DNA of 64,000 nt from positions 40,669-104,668 of the forward strand of contig JAAXKN010000001.1 of NCBI GenBank assembly GCA_025612375.1. The letters are read 5' to 3'. A program made the translations under genes and the position numbers. The DNA comes from Ignavibacteria bacterium (GTDB lineage Bacteria > Bacteroidota > Ignavibacteria > Ignavibacteriales > SURF-24). How positions within the stretch are numbered: the stretch's first letter is position 1; every line of letters begins with the position of its first letter. Positions 11,667-22,482 of the stretch are shown here, piece by piece. The notes under the pieces were generated by a model. That model saw only the letters and a list, made by a program, of their open reading frames with translations. It searched no databases and was not told where the DNA came from.

Positions 11667-13302
11667 ATTTCCCGGCAGTCTTAAATTCCTTCCCGTCAAA
11701 ATAGAGCTGCGAATACCCGCGGGGATTCCTGAAATAAACCCCTGCAATTGACTGCGGCACGTTGTTTTCACCCAGGAAAGTTTTTATCCTTATTCTTACC
11801 CCTTCAGGCTCAGCATCGATTGCCTCATTATGAATAGCAGCCCTCGATTCTCCCCCGTAAGGCAGAAAGCGCCCGTTATTTATGTGGAATACAAGTGAAG
11901 TGTCCGTTTTTTCCACGAGCTTTATGCTGCTCTCAAAACCGCTCATTTCACTCCTCAGTGGCGTAATAACGGCAGCATTTTTGTCCTTCAGACCCCATTG
12001 AACCGATTCCTGTATTCCAAGCTTCATCATCGGAATTCTTGTCAGCTTGTCAGGTGTGGCCCAAACGTAGACCGTATCGGTTTTTATTTCATCCTTTACA
12101 CCGCTCAGGCTCATTAGAGCATGGTCCATCCTTTTCCCTACACTCCCCCACCTGAGCATGAGACTGAAGTCATATACCGATGAGGAAAGTATAACGAGAA
12201 GGAATAATACAAGTGAAGCCTTCTTTGAGAAAGAACCGGCCTTTATATTCTCCCCCGCGGCAGATGCTGCCCAGACGAGCCCAATCGACGCTGTAAAAAC
12301 ATACCAGCGCATAAGCGTCGGCAGCCCGGGCAGAATAAATACAGTAAACCACGCTAAGGATGTAATAAGAATCCAAATCAAATGCCTGTCAGTTCTTAGG
12401 GGCTTCCTGTATATGAAAAGTATATAGAAAATAATTAAGAAAACCAGGGCACCCAGCACCAGAAGAACCCTTGAAGTGGAGGCCAGAAGTTCCAGCGACT
12501 CCGGAGAAAAAAAGCTGAGAGGTATGTATATAATAAAATTTTGTACCCACCTGAAAATGCCTGAATGGGCAAAATGGTTTGAACTGAAGGGTGTTCCCCC
12601 GATAAAGTACCACCTGTAAAGAAGAATGCACGCAATAATGACAATGCCTGCTAAGGTGTCCCTGAGGGCAGTAACGGTTTTTCTTTTCTTTAAGTCTCTT
12701 CCCGCAATGAGTGCAATTACCGGAATGAGGACGCCCGCAAATGCCGACTCCTTAATGAGTGCCGAAAGAAGGAGCAGTACATAAAAAAGAATTACATTCC
12801 TTCTGCCAGAACTTTCTTTCCCCAGAACATCTGCATAAGTGCAGAATGCCGCAAGAAGCATAATTGTAACAAGTGATTCTCCCTGGTCTGCAATCCACGC
12901 GGCCTGATATTCATGTGAAGGAAGTACGGCAAACAGTATTGCGCCAAGGGCAGAGTAGGTTTTGGATAGTCCCGCCTTCTCCCCCGCCTTTGCAACGAAG
13001 AGGCAGCATAAGGCATATAAAAGTAGGCTCGCAACTCTGAATACCATGGGATGAAAGCCCGCCGTAAGCAGTATCAATGGATGCAGCACATTGCCCAGAG
13101 GCCTCCAGTAAAAGTTCGAAACGTCAGGCATGTAGAATGGCCTTAAAATTGAGATCCACCCCTTCCCTGCGTGGTAGCCGAGAATCTGGTAATCGTCGTT
13201 AATAAAGGGAATAAAGACCGCGGGCAGCCAGGCAATTACAGCAGAAAGAAAAACTGCATAGTAAGGATATTTCCTGACAATTTTTTTTATCTGTTCAGGC
13301 AT
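11665..13302 (-). CDS. polytopic membrane protein, GT-C/PMT_2-like glycosyltransferase fold
   Basis: 545 aa with more than 10 predicted TM helices. An acidic INDDYQ motif lies in the first loop, as in ArnT/PMT-type enzymes, followed by a soluble C-terminal domain. Confidence 0.45.
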   Translation of the reverse strand: MPEQIKKIVRKYPYYAVFLSAVIAWLPAVFIPFINDDYQILGYHAGKGWISILRPFYMPDVSNFYWRPLGNVLHPLILLTAGFHPMVFRVASLLLYALCCLFVAKAGEKAGLSKTYSALGAILFAVLPSHEYQAAWIADQGESLVTIMLLAAFCTYADVLGKESSGRRNVILFYVLLLLSALIKESAFAGVLIPVIALIAGRDLKKRKTVTALRDTLAGIVIIACILLYRWYFIGGTPFSSNHFAHSGIFRWVQNFIIYIPLSFFSPESLELLASTSRVLLVLGALVFLIIFYILFIYRKPLRTDRHLIWILITSLAWFTVFILPGLPTLMRWYVFTASIGLVWAASAAGENIKAGSFSKKASLVLFLLVILSSSVYDFSLMLRWGSVGKRMDHALMSLSGVKDEIKTDTVYVWATPDKLTRIPMMKLGIQESVQWGLKDKNAAVITPLRSEMSGFESSIKLVEKTDTSLVFHINNGRFLPYGGESRAAIHNEAIDAEPEGVRIRIKTFLGENNVPQSIAGVYFRNPRGYSQLYFDGKEFKTAGK

Positions 13303-13588
13303 TTAAGCACAGCAAATTGTTCAAAAATGAATTATAATATTGGCTTCAGGCATCCTTTTGGAAAGCCAGGCAGTAATCTACTTAAAGAAAAATCTTTATT
13401 CAAATGTCTTCCAGCATTCCGGGAAGTAATTTTGCTTAATAGCGGTATTTTTTTGATCCTTATCAATATACTTCAATTTGTACTTCCCGATTTTGTTAAA
13501 AGTATTATATTTGTAATTTAATTTAGTTCTTATTGGCAAAGACTATAACTGAATATTTAATCTTTCTTGAAATACACAGGAAAACTAC

Positions 13589-15847
13589 ATGAAGCCCAGA
13601 ACAATTCTTACAGCCGTTACACTGCTGCTCTTAAGCTGGTCCTTATACCCGCAGCAGATAGGAACATGGAGAAACTATTCCAACATGCAGAACGTAAATG
13701 CTGCACAGGCATCTAATGATGGAATGTGGGCGGCTACTTCAGGCGGTGCATTCTTCTATAGCTTCAGCGACAGCTCTTACCTGAAACTCACTAAAGTAGA
13801 AGGCCTAAGCAGCAATTCGCTTATGTCGCTTGCAATAGACAAAAATGGCATGATCTGGTTAGGCGGCGAATCGGGAACAATTGACGTTTATGACAATGCT
13901 AAGAGGGCTTTTGTAAAGAATATACTCGATATATCCTCTCTGGACAGGGGACAAAAGAAAATAAACTACTTTTTTGTCACAGGCGACTCGATGTATGTAG
14001 CAACGGATTTCGGCGTTTCACTAATGAAAACCGGTGATTTTACTTTCCAGGATTCGTACCTTAAGCTCGGAAGCTTTCCTTCAGATACAAAGGTTAATTC
14101 AATTTTCCACAAAGGACTCCTTTACGCTGCTACTGAAAACGGCGTGGCAATGCAGAAGCCCGGGACTTCTAACCTCTCGGCTCCTGAATCCTGGATTAAC
14201 TTTACGGTTGCACAGGGGCTCCCTTCCAACTCAGTGACAAGAATTGTGAGCTTCAGGGATTCAATTATTGCCGCAACAGCCGGGGGGCTGGCTTTTCTAA
14301 ATGGAGACTCCTGGACGAGCATTCTGCCTCAGATTGGGGCATCTTCAGTAGTGGACCTTCTGGTCAAAGGCGACTCACTTATGATTGCAACGCCCCTTAC
14401 AATAAGCATTTATTATAACGGCACGATTTCCACAGCAGCACAGGTGCCCGCAAATGCAGCTTTTACCGGCATCATATCAGCTAATTCGCACGGGCTTTTT
14501 GCTAAAACCACACGGGGACTCATGAGCATTTCCTCAGGAGCTCTTTACTTCCCCGAAGGCCCTGCCTCAAACCTCTTTAACGGATTGTCTGTCGACAGGA
14601 GCGGCAGCCTTTGGTCTGGCAGCGGTACGGGAAAAGGCGCAGCAGGTTTTTACACATTTAATGGCCAGACCTGGACAAATTATTCAGGCAGCAGCCTGCC
14701 GGCCCCGGCAAGTTCTCCAACATTTTTTAAGACATATATCGCGCCCGATAATACACCTTATGTGATGGGCTGGGGTGAAGGATTCTTCAGGTACAAGGAC
14801 GGACATTTTCAGCTTTTTAACAACTCTAACTCCCCTCTTGTCGGAACACCTGAAAACCCCGCCTATGTGGTTATTCAGGGGCTTTCAACCGACTCTAAGG
14901 GCAACCTTTGGGTGCTCACATATAAATCGGGCAACAAAATTCCATTATACGTCCTTAAGACTGACAGCACCTGGGGCACAGTTACAAGCTCCCTTTTCAC
15001 TAATAAAGTAATGCTGGGGTTCGACCTTGTGGTTGACCAGTACGATACCAAGTTTTTCCTCCTTAACGGGGAGCTGACTTCTTCAGCAGCCAGCGCTTTG
15101 TACTTCTATAACGGCGAGAGTCCGCTCTACGCGGACGATAGTTATAACGATAAGGGATTTGGATATATTTCAAGCACCAACAGCGCCCTTAATTCTAGCA
15201 GCATTAACGCCCTGGCGCTCGACCGCAGGGGTGAACTCTGGGTGGCTACAAGCAGCGGAATTTTTGTAATACCCGATACACGCGACCCGTTTGCAAATAT
15301 CAGTACTGTCGAGCCTCTGCGCTCACGCGTGGTTAACTGTATTGCCGTTGACGCGCTCAACCAGAAGTGGGTTGGTACTCCGCAGGGAGTCTTTGTGGTC
15401 TCTTCAGACGGAACAAAGCTCATAAATAATTACACCGCATCAAACAGCCCCCTGCCAAGCGATATTGTAAAAAGCATTGCAATAGATAACAATACTGGCA
15501 CGGTCTACATGGGAACTGACTATGGCCTGACTTCTGTTACTACTACAGCCGTTAAACCACAGGAGAGCTTCACAGGAATGTTCGTCTATCCAAATCCTGT
15601 GGTCATTCAAAACGGATCTCCCGTTAAAATAACAATTGAAGGCCTGGTAAGGGATTCGGATATTAAAATTCTTTCTATATCAGGCAAGGTGTTGAACACT
15701 TTCACCTCCCCCGGAGCAGGAGTTGCGGTCTGGGACGGCAAAGACCTGGAAGGCAATTACGTTCCAAGCGGCATATATATAATTGTTGCTTACGATAAAG
15801 ACGGAACAAACGTTTCTTCGGCCAAGGTGGCCATACTCAGAAAATAA
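13589..15847 (+). CDS. secreted two-component-regulator-propeller (Reg_prop) repeat protein with T9SS C-terminal domain
   Basis: 752 aa with a signal peptide, repeated GL(S/P)SNSV and W(V/I)GT motifs, and a C-terminal VYPNPV..SGIYIIVA..AKVAILRK sorting-domain pattern. Confidence 0.7.
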   Translation: MKPRTILTAVTLLLLSWSLYPQQIGTWRNYSNMQNVNAAQASNDGMWAATSGGAFFYSFSDSSYLKLTKVEGLSSNSLMSLAIDKNGMIWLGGESGTIDVYDNAKRAFVKNILDISSLDRGQKKINYFFVTGDSMYVATDFGVSLMKTGDFTFQDSYLKLGSFPSDTKVNSIFHKGLLYAATENGVAMQKPGTSNLSAPESWINFTVAQGLPSNSVTRIVSFRDSIIAATAGGLAFLNGDSWTSILPQIGASSVVDLLVKGDSLMIATPLTISIYYNGTISTAAQVPANAAFTGIISANSHGLFAKTTRGLMSISSGALYFPEGPASNLFNGLSVDRSGSLWSGSGTGKGAAGFYTFNGQTWTNYSGSSLPAPASSPTFFKTYIAPDNTPYVMGWGEGFFRYKDGHFQLFNNSNSPLVGTPENPAYVVIQGLSTDSKGNLWVLTYKSGNKIPLYVLKTDSTWGTVTSSLFTNKVMLGFDLVVDQYDTKFFLLNGELTSSAASALYFYNGESPLYADDSYNDKGFGYISSTNSALNSSSINALALDRRGELWVATSSGIFVIPDTRDPFANISTVEPLRSRVVNCIAVDALNQKWVGTPQGVFVVSSDGTKLINNYTASNSPLPSDIVKSIAIDNNTGTVYMGTDYGLTSVTTTAVKPQESFTGMFVYPNPVVIQNGSPVKITIEGLVRDSDIKILSISGKVLNTFTSPGAGVAVWDGKDLEGNYVPSGIYIIVAYDKDGTNVSSAKVAILRK

Positions 15848-15913
15848 AACGGGTTCAGACAAAAACAGGCTTTTGAGGCTTTAATTCAGCTATATTAACT
15901 AAGAAAAGTAGAA

Positions 15914-17860
15914 ATGATCGATCTATTAAATTTATCTGTACAGTTCTCGGGTGAATATCTTTTTAAGGATGTAAATCTAAAAATAAATTCTTCAGACAAA
16001 ATTGCACTCGTCGGTGCTAACGGCGCGGGCAAGACTACGCTGTTCAGGATAATTTCAGGCATGCAGCAGCCTGAATCAGGCAAAGTCCTGATGCAGAAAG
16101 GAATAAGCCTGGGCTACCTGCCGCAGGAAATAGTTATACACTCCGGAAAACCTCTTTTTGAGGAGGTTAAAACCTCCCTAAGGCAGATTAATTCCCTGGG
16201 GGTTGAAGAGCACGAAATTACACTCAGGCTCGAGGACTCCTCACTGCCCGAAGAGGAAAGGGATCAGCTTATCCATAAACTTGGCGAAATCCACCACCGC
16301 ATGGAGGAAGTCGGCTATTACGGCATTAATTCCGAAATAGAGAAAGTTTTAATCGGTCTCGGCTTCGAAGAAAAGGATTTCATAAAGCAGACAAACGCCT
16401 TCTCCGGAGGCTGGCAGATGCGTATTGCACTTGCAAAGCTCCTTTTATCAAACCATGAGATACTTCTCCTTGACGAGCCTACAAACCACCTGGACCTTGA
16501 TTCACTCGAGTGGCTCATAAGCTTCCTTAAGGGCTATAAAGGCGCCCTGCTGGTCATTTCACACGATAAGCACTTTGTAAATGAGGTTACAACCAAAACC
16601 CTAGAGATATTCCTCAACAAAATATCTTTCTTTAACGGCAACTTTGACGCTTACCTGAAATTTAAGGACGAAAGGGATTCCCAGTTGGAGGCCCGGTACA
16701 TACTTCAGCAGAAAAAAATTAAGGAAACTGAAAAGTTCATTGAACGCTTCAGGTATAAGGCTACTAAAGCAAAACAAGTCCAAAGCAGGATTAAACAGCT
16801 CGAAAAAGTTGAACAGATAGACATGCCGGAGTTTGAGGAGGAGATCAATATCCGCTTCCCCGATCCGCCTCAAAGCGGTGTTGTTCCCCTTGAGCTTGTG
16901 AAGATCAATAAATCGTTCGAAGACAACCATGTGCTTCAGAATATAGATTTCAGGCTCGACCGCGGCGATAAGATTGCATTTGTCGGCCCTAACGGCGCCG
17001 GTAAAACCACCTTGTCAAAAATAATCTCGGGCAGGATCCCTTCCGACAGCGGAGAGAGAATTATAGGGCATAATACAATTATTTCCTACTACGCACAGGA
17101 CGTGGCAGACAGCCTGGAGCCCTCTTTCGATATACTGCAGACCGTGGAAGGCATCGGTGAGAATAAAACAATAGGACAGCTTCGTTCCATACTGGGATCT
17201 TTTCTTTTTACAGGCGATGACGTTTTTAAGAAGGTCCAGGTGCTCTCAGGCGGCGAGAAAAGCCGCGTTGCACTGGCAAAGATACTTTTAACCAAGGCTA
17301 ACCTGATCGTGCTCGATGAGCCTACGAACCACCTCGATATTTCTTCCAAACAGGTGCTCCAGAAGGCTTTAATCGACTTTAAGGGTACGCTCATTCTTGT
17401 CTCACACGACGTGGACTTCTTAAAGCCTGTTGTTAACAAGGTGTGCGAGATCCGCAACCACTCAGCAAAAATTTATTACGGCGGCATTGACTACTACCTG
17501 GAAAAGAAAAATGAAGCTGCCGCGGCCGAAAAACCTGCTGCAAAGCAGAACGAGCAGAATAACACAGGAAGCAGGAAAGACCAGAAGCGCCTGGAGGCAG
17601 AATTAAGGCAGAAGAAGTATGCCGCAACAAAAGACATAGTAAAAGAAATATCGGCACTGGAAGTTAAAATAGAGGCTCTGGAAGAAAAGAGAAAACAGCT
17701 CGAAAGTGACCTGGCGGATCCTTCCGTTTACAGCAATTCGCAGATGGCAAAAGAAAAAACCTCGGATTATAACAGTACAAAAGAAGGTCTTGAAAAGTGC
17801 TTTGAAAAGTGGACAGAATTGACAGAGAAGCTTGAAGAGATTGAAAACTCGTTTTCCTGA
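15914..17860 (+). CDS. ABC-F family ATPase (two ABC cassettes, C-terminal coiled coil)
   Basis: 648 aa; GANGAGKTT and GPNGAGKTT Walker A motifs, LSGGW/LSGGE signatures, no TM domain. Confidence 0.9.
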   Translation: MIDLLNLSVQFSGEYLFKDVNLKINSSDKIALVGANGAGKTTLFRIISGMQQPESGKVLMQKGISLGYLPQEIVIHSGKPLFEEVKTSLRQINSLGVEEHEITLRLEDSSLPEEERDQLIHKLGEIHHRMEEVGYYGINSEIEKVLIGLGFEEKDFIKQTNAFSGGWQMRIALAKLLLSNHEILLLDEPTNHLDLDSLEWLISFLKGYKGALLVISHDKHFVNEVTTKTLEIFLNKISFFNGNFDAYLKFKDERDSQLEARYILQQKKIKETEKFIERFRYKATKAKQVQSRIKQLEKVEQIDMPEFEEEINIRFPDPPQSGVVPLELVKINKSFEDNHVLQNIDFRLDRGDKIAFVGPNGAGKTTLSKIISGRIPSDSGERIIGHNTIISYYAQDVADSLEPSFDILQTVEGIGENKTIGQLRSILGSFLFTGDDVFKKVQVLSGGEKSRVALAKILLTKANLIVLDEPTNHLDISSKQVLQKALIDFKGTLILVSHDVDFLKPVVNKVCEIRNHSAKIYYGGIDYYLEKKNEAAAAEKPAAKQNEQNNTGSRKDQKRLEAELRQKKYAATKDIVKEISALEVKIEALEEKRKQLESDLADPSVYSNSQMAKEKTSDYNSTKEGLEKCFEKWTELTEKLEEIENSFS

Positions 17861-17983
17861 ATTCCATAAATAAAATAAAAAGTAAGGGCAGTAAGAAGAG
17901 ATTTTAATACAAAGTATCAATTGCATTTAAAACACGTCCTACTGCCGCCGTCTTTTTGGCCGCAGGCCAAAACTCTTCACTTT

Positions 17984-18958
17984 TTAATTTTTAATTGTCC
18001 CCATTTCCTGCGCCAGCGCTATGCCGCCGAAGAGGGCCGCGTCATCACCAAGCTTAGTTGCTATAATCTTAACTCCCCTGCCTGCATCGCTCAGGACTGT
18101 CTTATTAAAGGATTCCTTAATTATCGGAACCATAAACTTTGCAAGCGACTCAATTACGCCACCACCTAAGACTATCATATCCAGGTTCAGAAGGTTTGTA
18201 ACGTTGGCAAGCGCCGTCCCAAGGACGTTTGAAGCCTTTGTTAATTCCTTAATTACAATCGGATCATTTTTCTTAACTGCCAGAGCTAAACCCTTACTTT
18301 TTATGGGCTTATTCTTTGGAAGTATCTGAAGAAGTTTGCTGTTCTTTTTAGTCTTAAGCTCTTTTCTTATATCCCTTACAATTGCGGTCCTGCTTGCAAT
18401 TGCCTCCAGGCATCCTTTGTTGCCGCAGCCGCATTTGGGTCCGTTTTTCTCGACTATCATATGCCCTATTTCCCCGGCAAAGAAGTCGCTTCCACGGTAA
18501 AGCTTATTGTCAAATACCAGTGCGCCGCCTACTCCGGTACCCACAAATACAACAAGAACATTCTTCCCTTTTCCCTTCAGCTCAAAATTCTTAATTCCCA
18601 GGGCTGCAAGGTTAACGTCATTTTCAATCAGTATAGGAATATCTATCTGTTTTGCAAGTTCCTGCTTCATATTGTAGTTTATAATATTCAGGTTGGGGGC
18701 AACCCCTATCTTCCCCGTAAAAGGATTTACCGAACCCGGAACGCCCAGGCTTACGGCTTTTATATCCTTAGGTTCCATGCCTCCCTGCACTATTACGCTG
18801 TTTATTGCCTCTGCAAGCCCGCCAATGAGCCCGCGTTTCCCATTCTCCAGCTGGGTTGCCACTTTTGTCTTTGCAAGAATTTCGCCATCCATGCTCATTA
18901 AAGCGGCCAGGATTTTTGTTCCCCCGAAATCGACGCTTACAATATATTCTCTTTCCAA
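17984..18958 (-). CDS. ROK-family sugar kinase (glucokinase-like)
   Basis: 324 aa; DFGGTK, GTGVGGA and the Zn motif CGCGNKGCLE. TTG start with an AGAGGA RBS. Confidence 0.85.
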   Translation of the reverse strand: MEREYIVSVDFGGTKILAALMSMDGEILAKTKVATQLENGKRGLIGGLAEAINSVIVQGGMEPKDIKAVSLGVPGSVNPFTGKIGVAPNLNIINYNMKQELAKQIDIPILIENDVNLAALGIKNFELKGKGKNVLVVFVGTGVGGALVFDNKLYRGSDFFAGEIGHMIVEKNGPKCGCGNKGCLEAIASRTAIVRDIRKELKTKKNSKLLQILPKNKPIKSKGLALAVKKNDPIVIKELTKASNVLGTALANVTNLLNLDMIVLGGGVIESLAKFMVPIIKESFNKTVLSDAGRGVKIIATKLGDDAALFGGIALAQEMGTIKN

Positions 18959-19049
18959 GTGGTTCCTCTTTAAAAATATGCCGGGTTCCGGAGAATATGT
19001 TTTTGCTGCACCTCCTAAAACCCGGCCGGATTCAAAATCAAATATACAA

Positions 19050-19454
19050 TTAGATTACTTCTACCAAAGCACTGGTAATAGTGTTCTTGTCTGGATCAAG
19101 TAAAAACACCCTGTAAATCCCCTTCTCGCTGAACTCGATGTCCCTGAAGTAAATATAAGTCATATCGCTGTCTGTATCAAATTCATAATCCTTGTAGTAT
19201 TCGAACTTCCCCTCACGCGGATTATACTTGTCAGCCTGGACAAATACTTTTGTGAAATAAATTGCTTTCTGGAGTTTTGCCATAACTGTGATTTTCCCGG
19301 TAGTAAACCTGTCGGAACAGTCAACTTCCTTGCCGTCATATTTAACACAGAAGTAGAGCATATCGCAGCTCTGAGCCTTAAGCGTATTATTGAAAGAAAG
19401 GATAATAAAACCCAGCATGAATATTGTAAAAAACTTTTTCATGTACTCCCCCAT
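19050..19454 (-). CDS. small secreted protein, function unknown
   Basis: Signal peptide MKKFFTIFMLGFIILSF. The likelier start is the ATG at 19442, just downstream of a GGGGGAG RBS. Confidence 0.5.
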   Translation of the reverse strand: MGEYMKKFFTIFMLGFIILSFNNTLKAQSCDMLYFCVKYDGKEVDCSDRFTTGKITVMAKLQKAIYFTKVFVQADKYNPREGKFEYYKDYEFDTDSDMTYIYFRDIEFSEKGIYRVFLLDPDKNTITSALVEVI

Positions 19455-19589
19455 CGGTTGGTTTATTAATAATTATGGTTATATTTGACGGATGAATATA
19501 GTTTAAATTGTTTTTTTTAGCAACCGTTTTTTTGTAAAATATTGCCTCATGTCAAACTTAAACTGAAGTAAGGGAAAGTCTTTTAATAC

Positions 19590-20375
19590 ATGGATAAAAT
19601 CAGACCACTGAAGCAGTTCGGCCAGAACTACCTTAAGGACAGGAATATTCTTCTTAAAATTGTTAACGAGATCTCCCCAAAGGAGGAGGATGCCTTAATT
19701 GAAATAGGCCCCGGTATGGGAATGCTGACTCAGGAACTCTATAGCCGCACTAGAAATATGACTGCCGTTGAAATAGACAGGCGTGTCATTGAGGAGCTGA
19801 AAACTGAATTCCCGACTCTCAGGTTAATAAACGGGGATTTCCTTAAAATTGACCTTAAGGAAATCTATAATGAAAAGCAGAAGCCGCTTAGAATTGCTGG
19901 AAATATTCCTTATAATATAACCTCACCCATTATCTTTAAGCTGATTGAAAACATCACTCTGGTTGAGGATGCCGTCTTTATGGTGCAGTACGAGGTTGCA
20001 AGGCGCCTTTCAGCCATTCAGGGCTCTGAAGACTACGGAATTCTGGCCGTTATACTGAAATATTTTGCCGATGTTGAACTGTGCTTTAAGGTATCGCCTA
20101 ACGTTTTTTACCCCAAACCCAAGGTGTTTTCGGCCGTAGTGCACATAAGATTTAACAATACTAGGACTGATGAGCCCTTCAATAAGCTGTTCAGAAGTAT
20201 TGTAAAAGCCTCCTTCGGCAACCGAAGAAAAACCTTAAAGAATTCCTTAAATAATAGTATATTTAGCGGGATAAATTTTGAAGGGTCCGGAATAGACCTC
20301 TCCAAAAGAGCCGAACAGCTCAAAGTGGAGGATTTTATTCAGCTTACGGACTTTGTAAAAGGAAAACAACAATAA
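19590..20375 (+). CDS. rsmA: 16S rRNA (adenine1518/1519-N6)-dimethyltransferase
   Basis: 261 aa; FGQNYL, EIGPGMG, GNIPYNITS. Confidence 0.92.
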   Translation: MDKIRPLKQFGQNYLKDRNILLKIVNEISPKEEDALIEIGPGMGMLTQELYSRTRNMTAVEIDRRVIEELKTEFPTLRLINGDFLKIDLKEIYNEKQKPLRIAGNIPYNITSPIIFKLIENITLVEDAVFMVQYEVARRLSAIQGSEDYGILAVILKYFADVELCFKVSPNVFYPKPKVFSAVVHIRFNNTRTDEPFNKLFRSIVKASFGNRRKTLKNSLNNSIFSGINFEGSGIDLSKRAEQLKVEDFIQLTDFVKGKQQ

Positions 20376-20384
20376 TATTGGTCT

Positions 20385-21416
20385 ATGCATCAGAATTCAG
20401 ATACAGTGAAAAATTTTGAAAACAAATCCGCAGCTTTAGGGAAAGCTTCCACTGAAAACGCCCGTGAAGGTGCTTTTTACCACCTGCTTTTGAGATTAAA
20501 CGCAACGGATCTGGTTGTAATTGCCTTCTACCTGTTTCTTACCGCCCTTAATCTTATTTATTATGCAAGAATTCACGAGTGGCCGTTCCTTATTCTGATT
20601 AACTTTGCCGTCATTTCATTTGTCGTTTCTGTAGCCATTCTGGATGACTCGGGAAGAAGGAAATTCTGGTCGCAGGTTCATTACTGGTATCTGGCGCCTC
20701 TGATCCTTCTGACATTCAAAGAGCTTTATCTTATGATTCAGCCGATCAGGGGGCACGACTACGATTATATCCTGATAAATATAGACCGCTTTATCTTTGG
20801 CGGGGATCCGACGAAGTTCCTTTTGAAGATTGCCAATCCGTTTTTAACCGAGATACTTCAGATAGCCTACGGATCGTTCTATCTTCTGCCCATAATCCTG
20901 GGCGTCAATCTGATGATGCAGAAAAGACTTACGGCACTCGACTTCAGCGTTTTTTCAGTCGTCTACGGCTTCTTTTTGTCGTATTACGGATACTTCCTCC
21001 TGCCGGCCATAGGACCCCGTTTTACTCTTCACGACTTTAACAACCTGAATAATGAGCTTCCGGGACTTTTTCTTACAAACTTCCTGCGTGAGGTTGTAAA
21101 CACCGGAGAGTCAATTCCTGCGGGCACACCTAACCCGGCTTCAATTGTGCAGAGGGACGTGTTTCCAAGCGGGCACACCGAAATGACGCTAATTGTCATG
21201 TACCTGTCGTATAAGTTTAAGGTAAAAAGCCGCTATTTTCTTATTCCCATAGGGACGCTTTTAATAATAGCCACGGTTTATTTGCGCTATCATTACGTAA
21301 TTGACCTCATCGGAGGGGCTGTATTCATGATATTTACTATGTGGAGCGGAAAGAAAATTTACAACTACTGGCAGAACTTCAAGGGCAAAACTGACTTTGA
21401 ATACAGCAAATTCTAG
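20385..21416 (+). CDS. PAP2-superfamily membrane phosphatase
   Basis: 343 aa, multi-TM, with PSGHT and RYHYVIDLIGG motifs. Confidence 0.7.
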   Translation: MHQNSDTVKNFENKSAALGKASTENAREGAFYHLLLRLNATDLVVIAFYLFLTALNLIYYARIHEWPFLILINFAVISFVVSVAILDDSGRRKFWSQVHYWYLAPLILLTFKELYLMIQPIRGHDYDYILINIDRFIFGGDPTKFLLKIANPFLTEILQIAYGSFYLLPIILGVNLMMQKRLTALDFSVFSVVYGFFLSYYGYFLLPAIGPRFTLHDFNNLNNELPGLFLTNFLREVVNTGESIPAGTPNPASIVQRDVFPSGHTEMTLIVMYLSYKFKVKSRYFLIPIGTLLIIATVYLRYHYVIDLIGGAVFMIFTMWSGKKIYNYWQNFKGKTDFEYSKF

Positions 21417-21417
21417 G

Positions 21418-21732
21418 TTACCGGTCTGCCTTCTGGATCGTTTCAACGATGAGAGGAAAATACCTGTCCAATGAGCAGTTTACGTCCTCTCTTAAATAGC
21501 AGTAGCCGTTTTCCTCTTGCGTACGGCATTCAGAACATACCTCCCTGCGGAGGACGTTTACATAGTCCTGAATGTCGCTGCTGTCAATCGAATGCACAAT
21601 TTCAACTATCTGCGGAAGATAAGCCTCAAGGGCGCAGACTTCGTCTTGTGTCAGGCTGCATTTACCCAGGTCGTTTGAATCGGCGCATATTGAACATATA
21701 TTCTGCCGGATGGCTTTAAGATACTTATCCAT
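21418..21732 (-). CDS. Cys-rich protein with an internal duplication, function unknown
   Basis: The ATG at 21732 is preceded by an AAGGAG RBS; the ORF-track start at 21786 is less likely. There are two copies of CxxC..C..C.L..Y.P.IVE (8 Cys in total). Confidence 0.55.
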   Translation of the reverse strand: MDKYLKAIRQNICSICADSNDLGKCSLTQDEVCALEAYLPQIVEIVHSIDSSDIQDYVNVLRREVCSECRTQEENGYCYLREDVNCSLDRYFPLIVETIQKADR

Positions 21733-21801
21733 GTGACGGCTCCTTTTATTAAGTAAGAAATTACAAATTATGAACCCTACTTTCAATACTATTTAGGAAC
21801 T

Positions 21802-22482
21802 ATGAATAAAAAAACTCAGGTAAAAAACATGTTCGATTCCATCGCTTACAGGTATGATCTTCTGAATCATCTCTTAAGCGCAGGGGTCGATGTATACTGG
21901 AGAAAGCGCTCGCTTAAGATGACGGGAATAACAAAAGATGCAGTTCTTCTGGACGTGGCCTGCGGCACAGGCGACTTTGCCATTACGGCAAGGAAGATGG
22001 GCGTACAGAAAATCTTCGGGGCCGACCTGTCATTCCAGATGCTGAAATTCTTCAACGCCAAAACCAGCTGGAGCCTGGGAAACACGATGGAGATGGTGGC
22101 TGAAATGCCCCCCATTAAAGATGAGGCAATTACAAATATTACGGTTGGCTTCGGGGTCAGGAATTTCTACGACATACAGAAGGCATTCGACTCATTCCAC
22201 CGCATATTAAAGCCCGGGGGAAAAGCTACAATTCTGGAGTTCAGACTCCCATCAAACCCTTTAATTAAAGCAGTTTACCAGTTTTACTTCAGGCGGATTC
22301 TACCTATGATTGGAGGGCTTATTTCGAAGGACAAGGCTGCCTACACCTACCTGCCGGAGTCGGTCCAGGAGTTCGATAAAAATGTAAATTTACCGGAGCT
22401 CTTTAAGAACTCCGGCTTCAGAAAAGTTGAAAAACACTCTCTTACCTTCGGCATTGTGCAGATAGTAATAGCTGCAAAATAG
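21802..22482 (+). CDS. ubiE: demethylmenaquinone/ubiquinone C-methyltransferase
   Basis: 226 aa; YDLLNHLLSAGVDVYWR, the SAM motif LDVACGTGD and GGKATILEF. Confidence 0.9.
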   Translation: MNKKTQVKNMFDSIAYRYDLLNHLLSAGVDVYWRKRSLKMTGITKDAVLLDVACGTGDFAITARKMGVQKIFGADLSFQMLKFFNAKTSWSLGNTMEMVAEMPPIKDEAITNITVGFGVRNFYDIQKAFDSFHRILKPGGKATILEFRLPSNPLIKAVYQFYFRRILPMIGGLISKDKAAYTYLPESVQEFDKNVNLPELFKNSGFRKVEKHSLTFGIVQIVIAAK

